Below, piece by piece: positions 55,149 to 63,232 of a DNA stretch of 64,000 nt (position 1 is the stretch's first letter; every line of letters begins with the position of its first letter). The DNA lies in NCBI GenBank assembly GCA_001443495.1, contig LDXR01000007.1, forward strand, positions 51,398-115,397, written 5' to 3'. The translations under genes and the position numbers were made by a program. This DNA comes from a candidate division NC10 bacterium CSP1-5. Its GTDB lineage: Bacteria > Methylomirabilota > Methylomirabilia > Methylomirabilales > CSP1-5. The notes under the pieces are model-generated. The model saw only the letters and a program-made list of their open reading frames with translations. It ran no database searches and had not been told where the DNA came from.

Positions 55149-55847
55149 ATGAAGATTGTTTCCGTCAACGTGGGACTGCCGCGGGAAGTGATCTGGAAGG
55201 GTAAGAGAGTCACCACCGGGATCCTTAAAGAACCCATCACCGGGCGCGTGATGATGCGGAGGCTGAATCTGGACGGGGACCGACAGGCGGACTTGTCCGT
55301 CCACGGTGGACCCAGCAAGGCGGTGTATGTGTACCCGGTCCAGCATTATGACTATTGGCGGGGGGAATTGCCTGAGATGAAGCTGCCCTGGGGCATGTTC
55401 GGCGAAAATCTGACCACCGAAGGATTGCTGGAGGATGCCGTCAGCATTGGAGATCGGCTTCGCATCGGCTCAGCCGAAGTGATGGTGACTGAACCGCGGA
55501 TGCCCTGCTACAAACTGGGGATTAAGTTCGGGCGGGAGGACATCATCAAGCGGTTTCTGAGAAGCGGTCGGACCGGCTTTTATGTGGCGGTCTTGCAAGA
55601 AGGTGAGGTCGGAGCCGGAGACAGCGTGGATCTCATCGGTCGCGACGGAAACGATGTCACAGTGGCCGACATCACCCGCTTATACGTGAATGAAAGGGAC
55701 AACCTGGACCTGTTGCATCGCGCGATCCAGGTCGAGGCCTTGCCCGAAAGCTGGCGCGACCACTTTCGGCAGCAGATCCAAAAACTGGGTCGCTCCGTGG
55801 AGAGAGAGCGGCAGGCGAAGTCGCGGGCATCGCCGTGTTGTGAGTGA
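55149..55847 (+). CDS. MOSC-domain protein
   Basis: GDRQADLSVHGGPSKAVYVY, ...GENLTTEGL and ...EPRMPCYKLG are present. Confidence 0.85.
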   Translation: MKIVSVNVGLPREVIWKGKRVTTGILKEPITGRVMMRRLNLDGDRQADLSVHGGPSKAVYVYPVQHYDYWRGELPEMKLPWGMFGENLTTEGLLEDAVSIGDRLRIGSAEVMVTEPRMPCYKLGIKFGREDIIKRFLRSGRTGFYVAVLQEGEVGAGDSVDLIGRDGNDVTVADITRLYVNERDNLDLLHRAIQVEALPESWRDHFRQQIQKLGRSVERERQAKSRASPCCE

Positions 55848-55859
55848 GCGAAAGGGCAA

Positions 55860-56834
55860 CTACGACGCGCTGGCGCTCATGCCCATCGGAGACGCGGGAC
55901 TGCCCCGGGACTCGACGGCAAAGCCCCGTTCGCGCCAGGCGTCAAAGCCACCGGCGAGTGGTCGGACGCGCGTGATCCCTCGCCGCCGTAACAGAAGCGC
56001 CACCCGGGCGCTCGAGGCCTCGCTGGGTCACGTGCAGTACAGGACGAGCTCGCGGTTGCGCGGGATTTCCTGGTGGCGCTGCTCGAGTTGATCCGGCGAG
56101 AGCTGGATGGCGCCGGGAATGGTCGCTGGCTCTGCCTCGAAGTCGAGCGAGTGACGCAGATCCACGACCACCAGATCTTCGCCGGCATCGAGCTTGCGTT
56201 TGAGTTCCTCCGGGGTGATCCGGTCGATCCGCAGCCGGCGCACAAACCGACGCCGCTGCACATACTTCCAGCCGATGTACCCCGTCAGGGCGACCACGAG
56301 AATCAATACGAGCCGGGCGCCGAGCTCCGCAGCGTGGGCTGCAACCCGCTCGATTTGATCACTAAAGACGAAGCCGAGCCCCGTATACGCGCCCACCCAA
56401 ATCAATGCCCCCACCCCGTCGAAGAATAGAAAGCGCGGGAGCCGCATGCGGAAAATCCCCGCCAGGGGCGGTGCCACCGTGCTCAATCCAGGGACGAACT
56501 TAGCCACGATCAGCGAGCGGGCGCCATGCCGGACGAAGAAATCTTCCGTCCGGCGAACGCATGAGTCCGGCTCGAGGGCGATCCGGCAGAGGAGCTGCAA
56601 GACCCTGCTGCCGCGTCGGCGACCCAGCTCGTACCAGATCGTGTCGGCGAGCAGCGTCGCCAGGGACCCCACGCCGATGGCGAGGGCGAAGCTTAATTGC
56701 TCGGCGCCGGCAAGGGCTCCGGCGGCGAGCATCAATGGGGCGGCGGGGATGGGCAAACCGACCTGCTCGACGAACACCACCGCGAACAGGACCGAGTACC
56801 CGTGCCGGATCAGGAACTCCAGTGCCTCACTCAT
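55860..56834 (-). CDS. DedA-family membrane protein fused to a rhodanese domain, with an in-frame UGA at the rhodanese active-site position; candidate selenoprotein
   Basis: The track ORF 56028..56834 stops at ...RELVLYCT-TGA(56030..56028). The same frame continues PSEASSARVALLLRRRGITRVRPLAGGFDAWRERGFAVE..., which completes the rhodanese fold, to TAG 55862..55860. A hairpin follows the UGA. Confidence 0.65.
55996..56012 (-). promoter_or_regulatory. SECIS-like hairpin downstream of the rhodanese UGA
   Basis: The mRNA forms AGCGCC-CGGGU-GGCGCU (6 bp). It starts 15 nt after the UGA. Confidence 0.4.
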
Positions 56835-57103
56835 CGCAACGGTCCCCTCCTTCGCTCTTGCGAGCCTGCGAGGTTAGTAATACGTCCGCAGGTAATGACG
56901 GCAGCCCACGGAATGATGGACACGAGCAACGATTCTAGCAGCCGTTGGGGCCTGTGCATCCCGGTTCTGGCGTTAGGCGACCGGCCACCCGGAAGGCGCC
57001 GCTCACCACCTGCCCCCCACCCTGTAGCAGCCCCCAAAGCGCATCACTCTCATCGGTTGTCGCGGGACTCGCGAAGGCAAGGAGGAGCAGCGGCGCCAGT
57101 GCG

Positions 57104-57568
57104 CTACTCTTCGACCACCGCGCCGTCCCATTCGATCGCGATGCCCCGCTGCACGGACTGCGAGGCCGGACAGCCTTTCTCGTGGATCTCGATCGCACGC
57201 AGGGCCTCCTCACGCTTTCCCTGGGGAACCTTCACGTGATAGTGGACCTTGATCCGCGTGATCAGAGGTTTGCCGTCTACATTCTCGATGAAGCCCTCCA
57301 CCTCCGAGGACAACTTGTCCGGCTGTGTCGGAATCTTGCGTGCCGCTAGCGCCCCGGCCAGCGTGCCGGTCATTCAGCCGGCCACCGCGGCGATGATGTG
57401 GTCGAGGGTCGTGGGCACGTCCTCCGGCGGCTCCACCCCGTAGAATTTCTTGATCCCCCCGTGGACGCCGTAGCGGACCGGCTCGGGAAAGTTCTCGATG
57501 TAGGCCCGGCGGAGGGGACCCTTATCCTTGATGATTTTCACCTTGGAGACGTGAATCAACTCAGCCAT
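57104..57568 (-). CDS. OsmC/Ohr-family peroxiredoxin-like protein with an in-frame UGA at the first conserved Cys position; candidate selenoprotein
   Basis: Track ORFs 57374..57568 and 57104..57373 are contiguous and in frame, separated only by TGA 57376..57374. The junction reads ...LDHIIAAVAG-U-MTGTLAGALAARKI.... The second OsmC Cys motif (EKGCPASQS) is present. Confidence 0.7.
57344..57363 (-). promoter_or_regulatory. SECIS-like hairpin downstream of the OsmC UGA
   Basis: The mRNA forms CGCUGGC-CGGGGC-GCUAGCG (7 bp including one G-U). It starts 10 nt after the UGA. Confidence 0.4.
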
Positions 57569-57681
57569 GTTTGCTCCTCCTTGTCAGAATGGGACGTTTC
57601 TTCTTTTGATGTCCGGCGCTCCCCGTTGGATTCACCGAGTGTCGGCCGCTTCCCTTGGAGTCTCAAAGCGACAGCGTCGGG

Positions 57682-58521
57682 CTAAACTGCACCATGCTTC
57701 TTAAGCCACTCCTGCAAGCGCTTCCATCCATCTTCGGCCGGTTCCCTCCGGTAGCTGGGCCGGTAGTCGGCGTAGAAGGCGTGGGGTGCTCCGGGGTAGA
57801 CGATGATCTCTGACGGACTCCCCGCCGACTTCAGGGTCTTGCGCATCTCCTCGACGGTATCGAGCGGGATGCCCGGATCATCGCCTCCGTACAGGCCGAG
57901 GACGGGGGCCTTGAGCGCGCCGACGACGTCGATCGGATACTGGGGCTGCAGTTCCGTGCGATTGCCGGTGAGCCGGCCGTACCAGGCCACGCCGGCTTTG
58001 AGCTGGGGGTTGTGGGCGGCATACAGCCAGACGATCCTCCCGCCCCAGCAGAACCCGGTGATGCCGAGCTTCGCGATGTTCCCTTTGCCGCCCGCCTTGG
58101 CCCACGCGACGGTGGCGTCGAGGTCCGCCATCACCTGCGCGTCGGGGACCTTCGAGACCACTTTCGCGAAAATCTCCTTGCTCTCGGATATTCCCGACAC
58201 ATCCCCCTGGCGGGCGAAGAGCTCGGGGGAGACAGCGAAGTAACCCATCTTCGCAAATCGGCGACAGATATCCTTGATGTGTTCGTGAACGCCGAATATT
58301 TCCTGCACGACCAGGACCACGGGGAACGCAGTTCCGGTGGCCGGCATCGCCCGGTAGACCGGGATCTGGCCATCGGCGGTCGGAATCTTCACCTCACCCG
58401 CGATCAACCCGCTGGTATCGGTGGTGATCGTCTGTGCTGATACAGGGCGTACGGCGAGCGCGAAGCCGACAGCCAGTGTGGTCATGACAAACTCTCGCCG
58501 TGTGAACTCCGTCTTGGGCAT
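57682..58521 (-). CDS. Tat-exported dienelactone hydrolase-family protein
   Basis: The Tat signal is [28 protein letters not shown] is the nucleophile elbow. I chose ATG 58521 over the track's TTG 58584. Confidence 0.85.
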   Translation of the reverse strand: MPKTEFTRREFVMTTLAVGFALAVRPVSAQTITTDTSGLIAGEVKIPTADGQIPVYRAMPATGTAFPVVLVVQEIFGVHEHIKDICRRFAKMGYFAVSPELFARQGDVSGISESKEIFAKVVSKVPDAQVMADLDATVAWAKAGGKGNIAKLGITGFCWGGRIVWLYAAHNPQLKAGVAWYGRLTGNRTELQPQYPIDVVGALKAPVLGLYGGDDPGIPLDTVEEMRKTLKSAGSPSEIIVYPGAPHAFYADYRPSYRREPAEDGWKRLQEWLKKHGAV

Positions 58522-58593
58522 CAGGCTGCGTAGTTCCTCGTCCAAACCCTGATTCCTCCTTTCCCATCCGGTGTTGGGGGTCAAGGGCGGGAC

Positions 58594-59223
58594 TCAACGC
58601 CGCAGCAACTTGAAGCCGATGCCCGAACCCATCTTTTGCGCATATGCGAGATGAATCCAGAGCATGGCTAGTGGCTCGAGCAGGCGCGCCGCCTGCAAGG
58701 GACCAGCATCCACAGCCTCGAAGCCGAGCTCTTGGGTGAGTCTCGCAACGGCAGTCTTGGCTGCAGCGTCATCGCCGCAGATAAACATCGTAGCCTGCTC
58801 GGCGCCGAAGTGTGGACTCGCCATGTTTTCGGCGCCGGTCATATTGAACGCCTTCACGATGCGAGCGCCCGGTGTCTTCTTGGCAATCTCTTCGGCGGCA
58901 GACGTGGTGTGACCGATCTCCAGGCCGCCCAAATCTTGCTTGAGCGGATTCGTGCAGTCGATCAGAATCTTGCCCGACAACGGGCCAGCCGCTTTGAGGG
59001 CGTGGTCCACAGAGGGCCAAGGAGGAGCGAAAAGGATAACCTCGCCGAACTGCACAGCCTCGGCAGGGGAACCCGCCCGAGTGTTGGGGCCGGCCAACGT
59101 GGCGAGACTCTCCAGTTTTTTGGGGTCCCGCGAGTAGCTGAAGAGAATCTTGTGGCCACGCCTCGCCCAGGCCTTTCCCAGCGTGCTGCCCACATTGCCT
59201 GAGCCAACAATCCCGATGTTCAT
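58594..59223 (-). CDS. NADP oxidoreductase, coenzyme F420-dependent family (Npd-like)
   Basis: The Rossmann motif is MNIGIVGSGNVGSTLG. ATG 59223 is preceded by GGGGAGAAGAGG. Confidence 0.8.
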   Translation of the reverse strand: MNIGIVGSGNVGSTLGKAWARRGHKILFSYSRDPKKLESLATLAGPNTRAGSPAEAVQFGEVILFAPPWPSVDHALKAAGPLSGKILIDCTNPLKQDLGGLEIGHTTSAAEEIAKKTPGARIVKAFNMTGAENMASPHFGAEQATMFICGDDAAAKTAVARLTQELGFEAVDAGPLQAARLLEPLAMLWIHLAYAQKMGSGIGFKLLRR

Positions 59224-59244
59224 CCTCTTCTCCCCAGTCATTTC

Positions 59245-60234
59245 TTACGGGGTTGTAATCACCGCGCGGAAGCGAACCTTGCCTTCAGCAACACGCTCGT
59301 AGGCCTTGGTGATTTCGTCGAGTCGGTAGGTTTCGGTAATGACCTTTACCTTGCCCTGTGCGGCATAGTCAAGGGCCTCGTAAAGGAACTCCATCCCGTT
59401 TTGCTGTGAGCCGATGATCCGAAGGCGCTTCAAGATGGCGTCGGCTGGTGGGACCGGAAAGGGTTTGGCCTCGTAGCCCATCAGAACGAAACGCCCGTCA
59501 GGGCGTAGTCCTTGGATGCTGTCGGCCATGGCGTCGTTCGAGTTACTGGTGCCGAGGATCACGTCGGCACCCCCGATACCGGCCAGGCCCTGCCCATCGC
59601 GGACGATCTCATCGGCCCCTAGCTGGCGGATGGACCGATCCTTGTCGGGCGACCGGGAAACCGCGATCGTGGTGAAGCCGGCGGCCTTCGCGTACTGCAC
59701 CGCGAGGTGGCCCAGGCCACCGATGCCGACCACGGCGATGCGCTCGTGCGGTTTGGGCTCAGCAATCCGCAAACCAGACCACACCGTATAGCCGGCACAC
59801 AGGATGGGTGCGGCCTGCTCGTAGGAAAGCCCCTCGGGTAGAAGCACGGCGGCGTTTGCATAGGCCAGCATGAATTCGGCGTGGCCGCCTGACATCTCCC
59901 CGCTCGTGCCCGCTTGCTGCGCGCAGAACATGGGTGTGCCGCGGAGACACCACTCGCAGCGCCCACATGCGGCTTGCAGCCAGGGCACCCCCACGCGATC
60001 GCCCACGCGCCGCATGGTGACACCCGGACCGACGGCGACGATCTCCCCCACCGGTTCGTGTCCCAGGATGCGGGGGAAGTCTCCCGGCAGCTCGCCCCTG
60101 GTCTGATGCACGTCTGTGTAACAGATCCCGCTGCCGCGGATCTTGATCAAGACCTGATTGGGGCCCGGTTCCGGCGTTGGAACCTCCTTCACTTCCCATT
60201 TCCCGTGAACAGTGGGAACCACTGCAGCTCGCAT
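59245..60234 (-). CDS. Zinc-dependent alcohol dehydrogenase
   Basis: GICYTDVH, ...GHEPVGEI..., the structural-zinc Cys cluster CGRCEWC and GIGGLGHLAVQYAK are present. Confidence 0.9.
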   Translation of the reverse strand: MRAAVVPTVHGKWEVKEVPTPEPGPNQVLIKIRGSGICYTDVHQTRGELPGDFPRILGHEPVGEIVAVGPGVTMRRVGDRVGVPWLQAACGRCEWCLRGTPMFCAQQAGTSGEMSGGHAEFMLAYANAAVLLPEGLSYEQAAPILCAGYTVWSGLRIAEPKPHERIAVVGIGGLGHLAVQYAKAAGFTTIAVSRSPDKDRSIRQLGADEIVRDGQGLAGIGGADVILGTSNSNDAMADSIQGLRPDGRFVLMGYEAKPFPVPPADAILKRLRIIGSQQNGMEFLYEALDYAAQGKVKVITETYRLDEITKAYERVAEGKVRFRAVITTP

Positions 60235-60246
60235 GATCCTGGCTCC

Positions 60247-60819
60247 TCAACGGCCGTCGCGAGGCGGGACGATCCAGTAGTAGACCGTGTGCTGGCCGCC
60301 CGACACCGTCACCCTGATCGTCTTCTCCGGTTTCCAGTCGCCCATGTCGTAGTTGTGCGACACGACTCGGGTCCCTGACCGCAGCTCGCTCAAGAGCTTG
60401 GGTCGCAGCTTCATGTTCACGGACGGCAGCAAATACAGCGTCACCACGGTCGCCTCGCGAAGGTCGGCCTGGAAGATGTCTCCTTGCAGGAACTGCACGC
60501 GGTCTGTGACGCCGGCCTGCCGTGCGTTATCGTTCGCTTCCTGGACGCGCTGCGGGTCGAGGTCGATGCCGACTCCGCGGGTACCGAAGTGCTGGGCAGC
60601 GGCGATAACGATCCGCCCGTCGCCGGAGCCGAGGTCGTACAGCACGTCGTTCGCGTTCACGTTGGCCACCTGCAACATCTCGGTGACGACAAGCATCGGA
60701 GTGGGGACAAATGGGACGTCAAGGTCCGGCACCGTTGTGACGGTCTGCGCATTGACGGGCAGCGCGACCAAGAGACACAGCGCGAGGAGAGCCATGGTGG
60801 GAGGTCGTTGATATCGCAT
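60247..60819 (-). CDS. Exported class I SAM-dependent methyltransferase
   Basis: AGGAGG lies 8 nt before ATG 60819 and a signal peptide is present. The SAM motif is VLYDLGSGDGRIVIAAA. Confidence 0.8.
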   Translation of the reverse strand: MRYQRPPTMALLALCLLVALPVNAQTVTTVPDLDVPFVPTPMLVVTEMLQVANVNANDVLYDLGSGDGRIVIAAAQHFGTRGVGIDLDPQRVQEANDNARQAGVTDRVQFLQGDIFQADLREATVVTLYLLPSVNMKLRPKLLSELRSGTRVVSHNYDMGDWKPEKTIRVTVSGGQHTVYYWIVPPRDGR

Positions 60820-60905
60820 CTCATATTCCTCCTTGTAGGATGTCCCAACGTGGGACAAGCAGGATCAGTGCGCCAACGGCGCGACTGTCGCATCGGCATA
60901 CTATT

Positions 60906-61520
60906 TCATCGAGCCTTTCCATGGACGAGGGGCGAGGGTTGGCCCCACTGACCGCTGAAGACAAAGGAGTCCAGGGGCTTGCGGGTGCGCGGGGCCAGCT
61001 CGCGCTCACGCAGGTCATCTGGCAACCGGCCCGGATCGTCGAGATAGCCGATCGCCATCACCGCGACCGGCTCGTAGCCCTCGGGGATCCCGTACACCTC
61101 CCGCGCCCTGTCCACGTGGAATCCGGCCATCTGGTGGACGAAGAGGCCGAGGGCCATCCCCTGGATTACCAAGTTTTCGACCGCCAGACCGACGTCATGA
61201 AAGGCGTGTCGATTCGGCTTCCGGTTTCTCTCAAAGGCCAGCCTGGCCACCGAGAGCATGAGGACCGGCGCATGCTGGGCCCATCGGACGTTGCCTTCGA
61301 CGAGACAACTCAGCAAGCGCTCGTATTCACCTGCATGCCCCTTGGTGGCGACGATGAAGCTCCACGGTTGCTCGTTGTAGGAGGACGGCGCCCATCGAGC
61401 GGCCTCCAGAAGGCTGCGGAGCTTGTCCGGTTCAACCACGCGGTCGGCGAAGGCGCGCGGGCTCCAGCGCTCCCGCAGCAGCCCGTGAATCTCGTGTGTA
61501 GTCTCGGCGAGTTTCTGCAT
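60906..61520 (-). CDS. Nitroreductase-family protein
   Basis: RWSPRAF and ...AARWAPSSYNEQPW are present. Confidence 0.9.
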   Translation of the reverse strand: MQKLAETTHEIHGLLRERWSPRAFADRVVEPDKLRSLLEAARWAPSSYNEQPWSFIVATKGHAGEYERLLSCLVEGNVRWAQHAPVLMLSVARLAFERNRKPNRHAFHDVGLAVENLVIQGMALGLFVHQMAGFHVDRAREVYGIPEGYEPVAVMAIGYLDDPGRLPDDLRERELAPRTRKPLDSFVFSGQWGQPSPLVHGKAR

Positions 61521-61548
61521 CGTTGATTTTCCTCGCTGATCATGGCGG

Positions 61549-61824
61549 TCACACCGATTTGCCCTCTACATATGCCCGCAACATCCAGGCCATTTTTTCG
61601 TGCTTCTCCATCAAGCCGGTCAGGAAGTCGTTCGTGCCGATGTCGTGGTAGCGGTCCGCACAGGTCTCGAGGTCCACGCGCAGCGCCCGAATCAGTGCCT
61701 CGTGGTCGGCGAGGAGGTAGTTTTTCGTCTTCGTGTTCAGCACATATTCGTCGGCGAGGACCGTATTGAGAATCTTTACGACGCCTTCACCCTCCTTGTT
61801 GGCCAGTCCGATGTTCGGTTTCAT
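61549..61824 (-). CDS. Dps-family protein with a large internal in-frame deletion (mini-Dps or decaying gene)
   Basis: The Dps N-terminus (MKPNIGL...LNTVLADEYVLNTKTKNY) joins directly to the Dps C-terminus (LLADHEALIRALRVDLETCADRYHDIGTNDFLTGLMEKHEKMAWMLRAY). The protein is 91 aa instead of ~155, so the helices that normally carry the ferroxidase ligands are missing. Confidence 0.65.
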   Translation of the reverse strand: MKPNIGLANKEGEGVVKILNTVLADEYVLNTKTKNYLLADHEALIRALRVDLETCADRYHDIGTNDFLTGLMEKHEKMAWMLRAYVEGKSV

Positions 61825-61876
61825 GTGTGTTCCTCCTTGCTGTTTGGCTCAATGTGCGAAGACTAAAGCATGGTCG

Positions 61877-62575
61877 CTACGGTAGGTCCAGGAAGATCAG
61901 CGCCGCGGCTTCCGTGGCCTGGAGCGCCAGCTCCGGTTCGTCGGCAATTCGGGCCTGGTCCCCTGCCGCGAGGGGGGTACCGTTCACCGTGAGGCTACCG
62001 GTAATCACAAAGAGGTAAGCCTTGCGACTCGGTCGACTCTTGTGGGTCACTTCCTGTCCCGCCCGCAAGCTCGACACGTAGATGACTGCGTCTTGGTCGA
62101 TGGTCAGTGTTTCCGCAACGTTGCCCCCAGACACAACCGGCAGGAGCTTTCCGCCTCGCTCTTCGACCGTGAAGCGACGCTGCTCCCATTGAGGGGGAAG
62201 GCCCTTCGTCCGGGGCGTGATCCAGAGCTGAAGCAGGTGAACGGGACGCTCTGTGGAGTGGTTATACTCGGCGTGGACGATCCCGGTGCCGGCGGACATC
62301 CCCTGGACCTCGCCGGCACGGATGACCCCGCGGTTTCCCTGGTTATCCTGGTGTTCCAGCTCTCCATCCAGAACATAGGTGACGATCTCCATATCGCGGT
62401 GCGGGTGGGCACCGAATCCCTGCCCTGGCTGGATGATGTCGTCGTTGACGACACGGAGCGCCCCCCAGTTCATGTTGGCGGGGTCGTAGTAATCATCAAA
62501 GGAGAAGTGCCAGTAGGTGGAGAGCCACCCGAGGTCTCTGTGGTGCCGCTCTTTGGATTGGATGATTTTGATCAC
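61877..62575 (-). CDS. Pirin-family protein
   Basis: GFGAHPHRDMEIVTYVLDGELEH and ...MSAGTGIVHAE are present. Confidence 0.9.
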   Translation of the reverse strand: MIKIIQSKERHHRDLGWLSTYWHFSFDDYYDPANMNWGALRVVNDDIIQPGQGFGAHPHRDMEIVTYVLDGELEHQDNQGNRGVIRAGEVQGMSAGTGIVHAEYNHSTERPVHLLQLWITPRTKGLPPQWEQRRFTVEERGGKLLPVVSGGNVAETLTIDQDAVIYVSSLRAGQEVTHKSRPSRKAYLFVITGSLTVNGTPLAAGDQARIADEPELALQATEAAALIFLDLP

Positions 62576-62618
62576 GCGCGTTACCTTTGCTATGACAGCG
62601 GGCTGATTCCCTGCTCAA

Positions 62619-63089
62619 TCAAGCGGTCTTCTCGCGCGCGAGCTCCAGGAGTTCGACCAGCGCCTGGAGCCGCTTCGTCCCCAGGTGCCCCAGGTGCTGC
62701 GTGTGCAGATGAACGATCGGAGCGTCGAGGCGCCTCAGGAGGCGGAGCCCCCCTTCCGTGATCCGAACCATGACGACCCTCCGATCCTTCCTGTTGCGCT
62801 CCCGCGCGATGAGTCCGCGGGCCTCGAGCCGATCAAGGAGGCGGGTGACGTCGGGGTCACGGGTGATCAGGCGTTCGCACACTTCCCGGCAGGCGAGCCC
62901 GTGGGGACCGGCGCCCCGCAGGATGCGGAGCACGTTGTACTGGGGGTGTGAAAGTCCGACCGACTTCAGGACCTTTGCCTGGCCGCGCAACAACGCATCG
63001 GTGGTCCGCAAGAGGTTCAGAAACGCCTCTTGCTCCAGCGTCCGGAAGGGCTTCTTTTGTTTGATCTCTGCCTGCAGCCGTCCAGCCAT
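62619..63089 (-). CDS. MarR-family transcriptional regulator
   Basis: HPQYNVLRILRGAG and ...TRLLDRLEARGLIARERNRKDRRVV form the wing. Confidence 0.9.
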   Translation of the reverse strand: MAGRLQAEIKQKKPFRTLEQEAFLNLLRTTDALLRGQAKVLKSVGLSHPQYNVLRILRGAGPHGLACREVCERLITRDPDVTRLLDRLEARGLIARERNRKDRRVVMVRITEGGLRLLRRLDAPIVHLHTQHLGHLGTKRLQALVELLELAREKTA

Positions 63090-63159
63090 GGTATGAAGAA
63101 TATATTCGTTTCAACGATAAATGTCAAGAGGAAGGTCTCTTGGTGAGGCGGAGCGACCC

Positions 63160-63200
63160 TTGACGCGGACGAGCCGCCCCGGTATCGTACGGTTACGATA
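63160..63200 (+). promoter_or_regulatory. bioA promoter with an overlapping inverted-repeat operator
   Basis: TTGACG (63160..63165), a 17-nt spacer and TATCGT (63183..63188) form the promoter. A perfect inverted repeat TATCGTA-N4-TACGATA (63183..63200) covers the -10 box and the likely transcription start. Confidence 0.5.
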
Positions 63201-63232
63201 AACCTTTCTGGCCCGCCAGGCAGGGGTCGCCC

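Noticed and set aside
56935-57213. An ORF in the gap between the DedA-rhodanese and OsmC genes (…ALAPLLLLAFASPATTDESDALWGLLQGGG…), considered as a fourth small redox or Sec gene.
   Set aside because: There is no usable start codon after the OsmC stop. The ORF mostly overlaps OsmC in another frame, and it has no recognisable motif.
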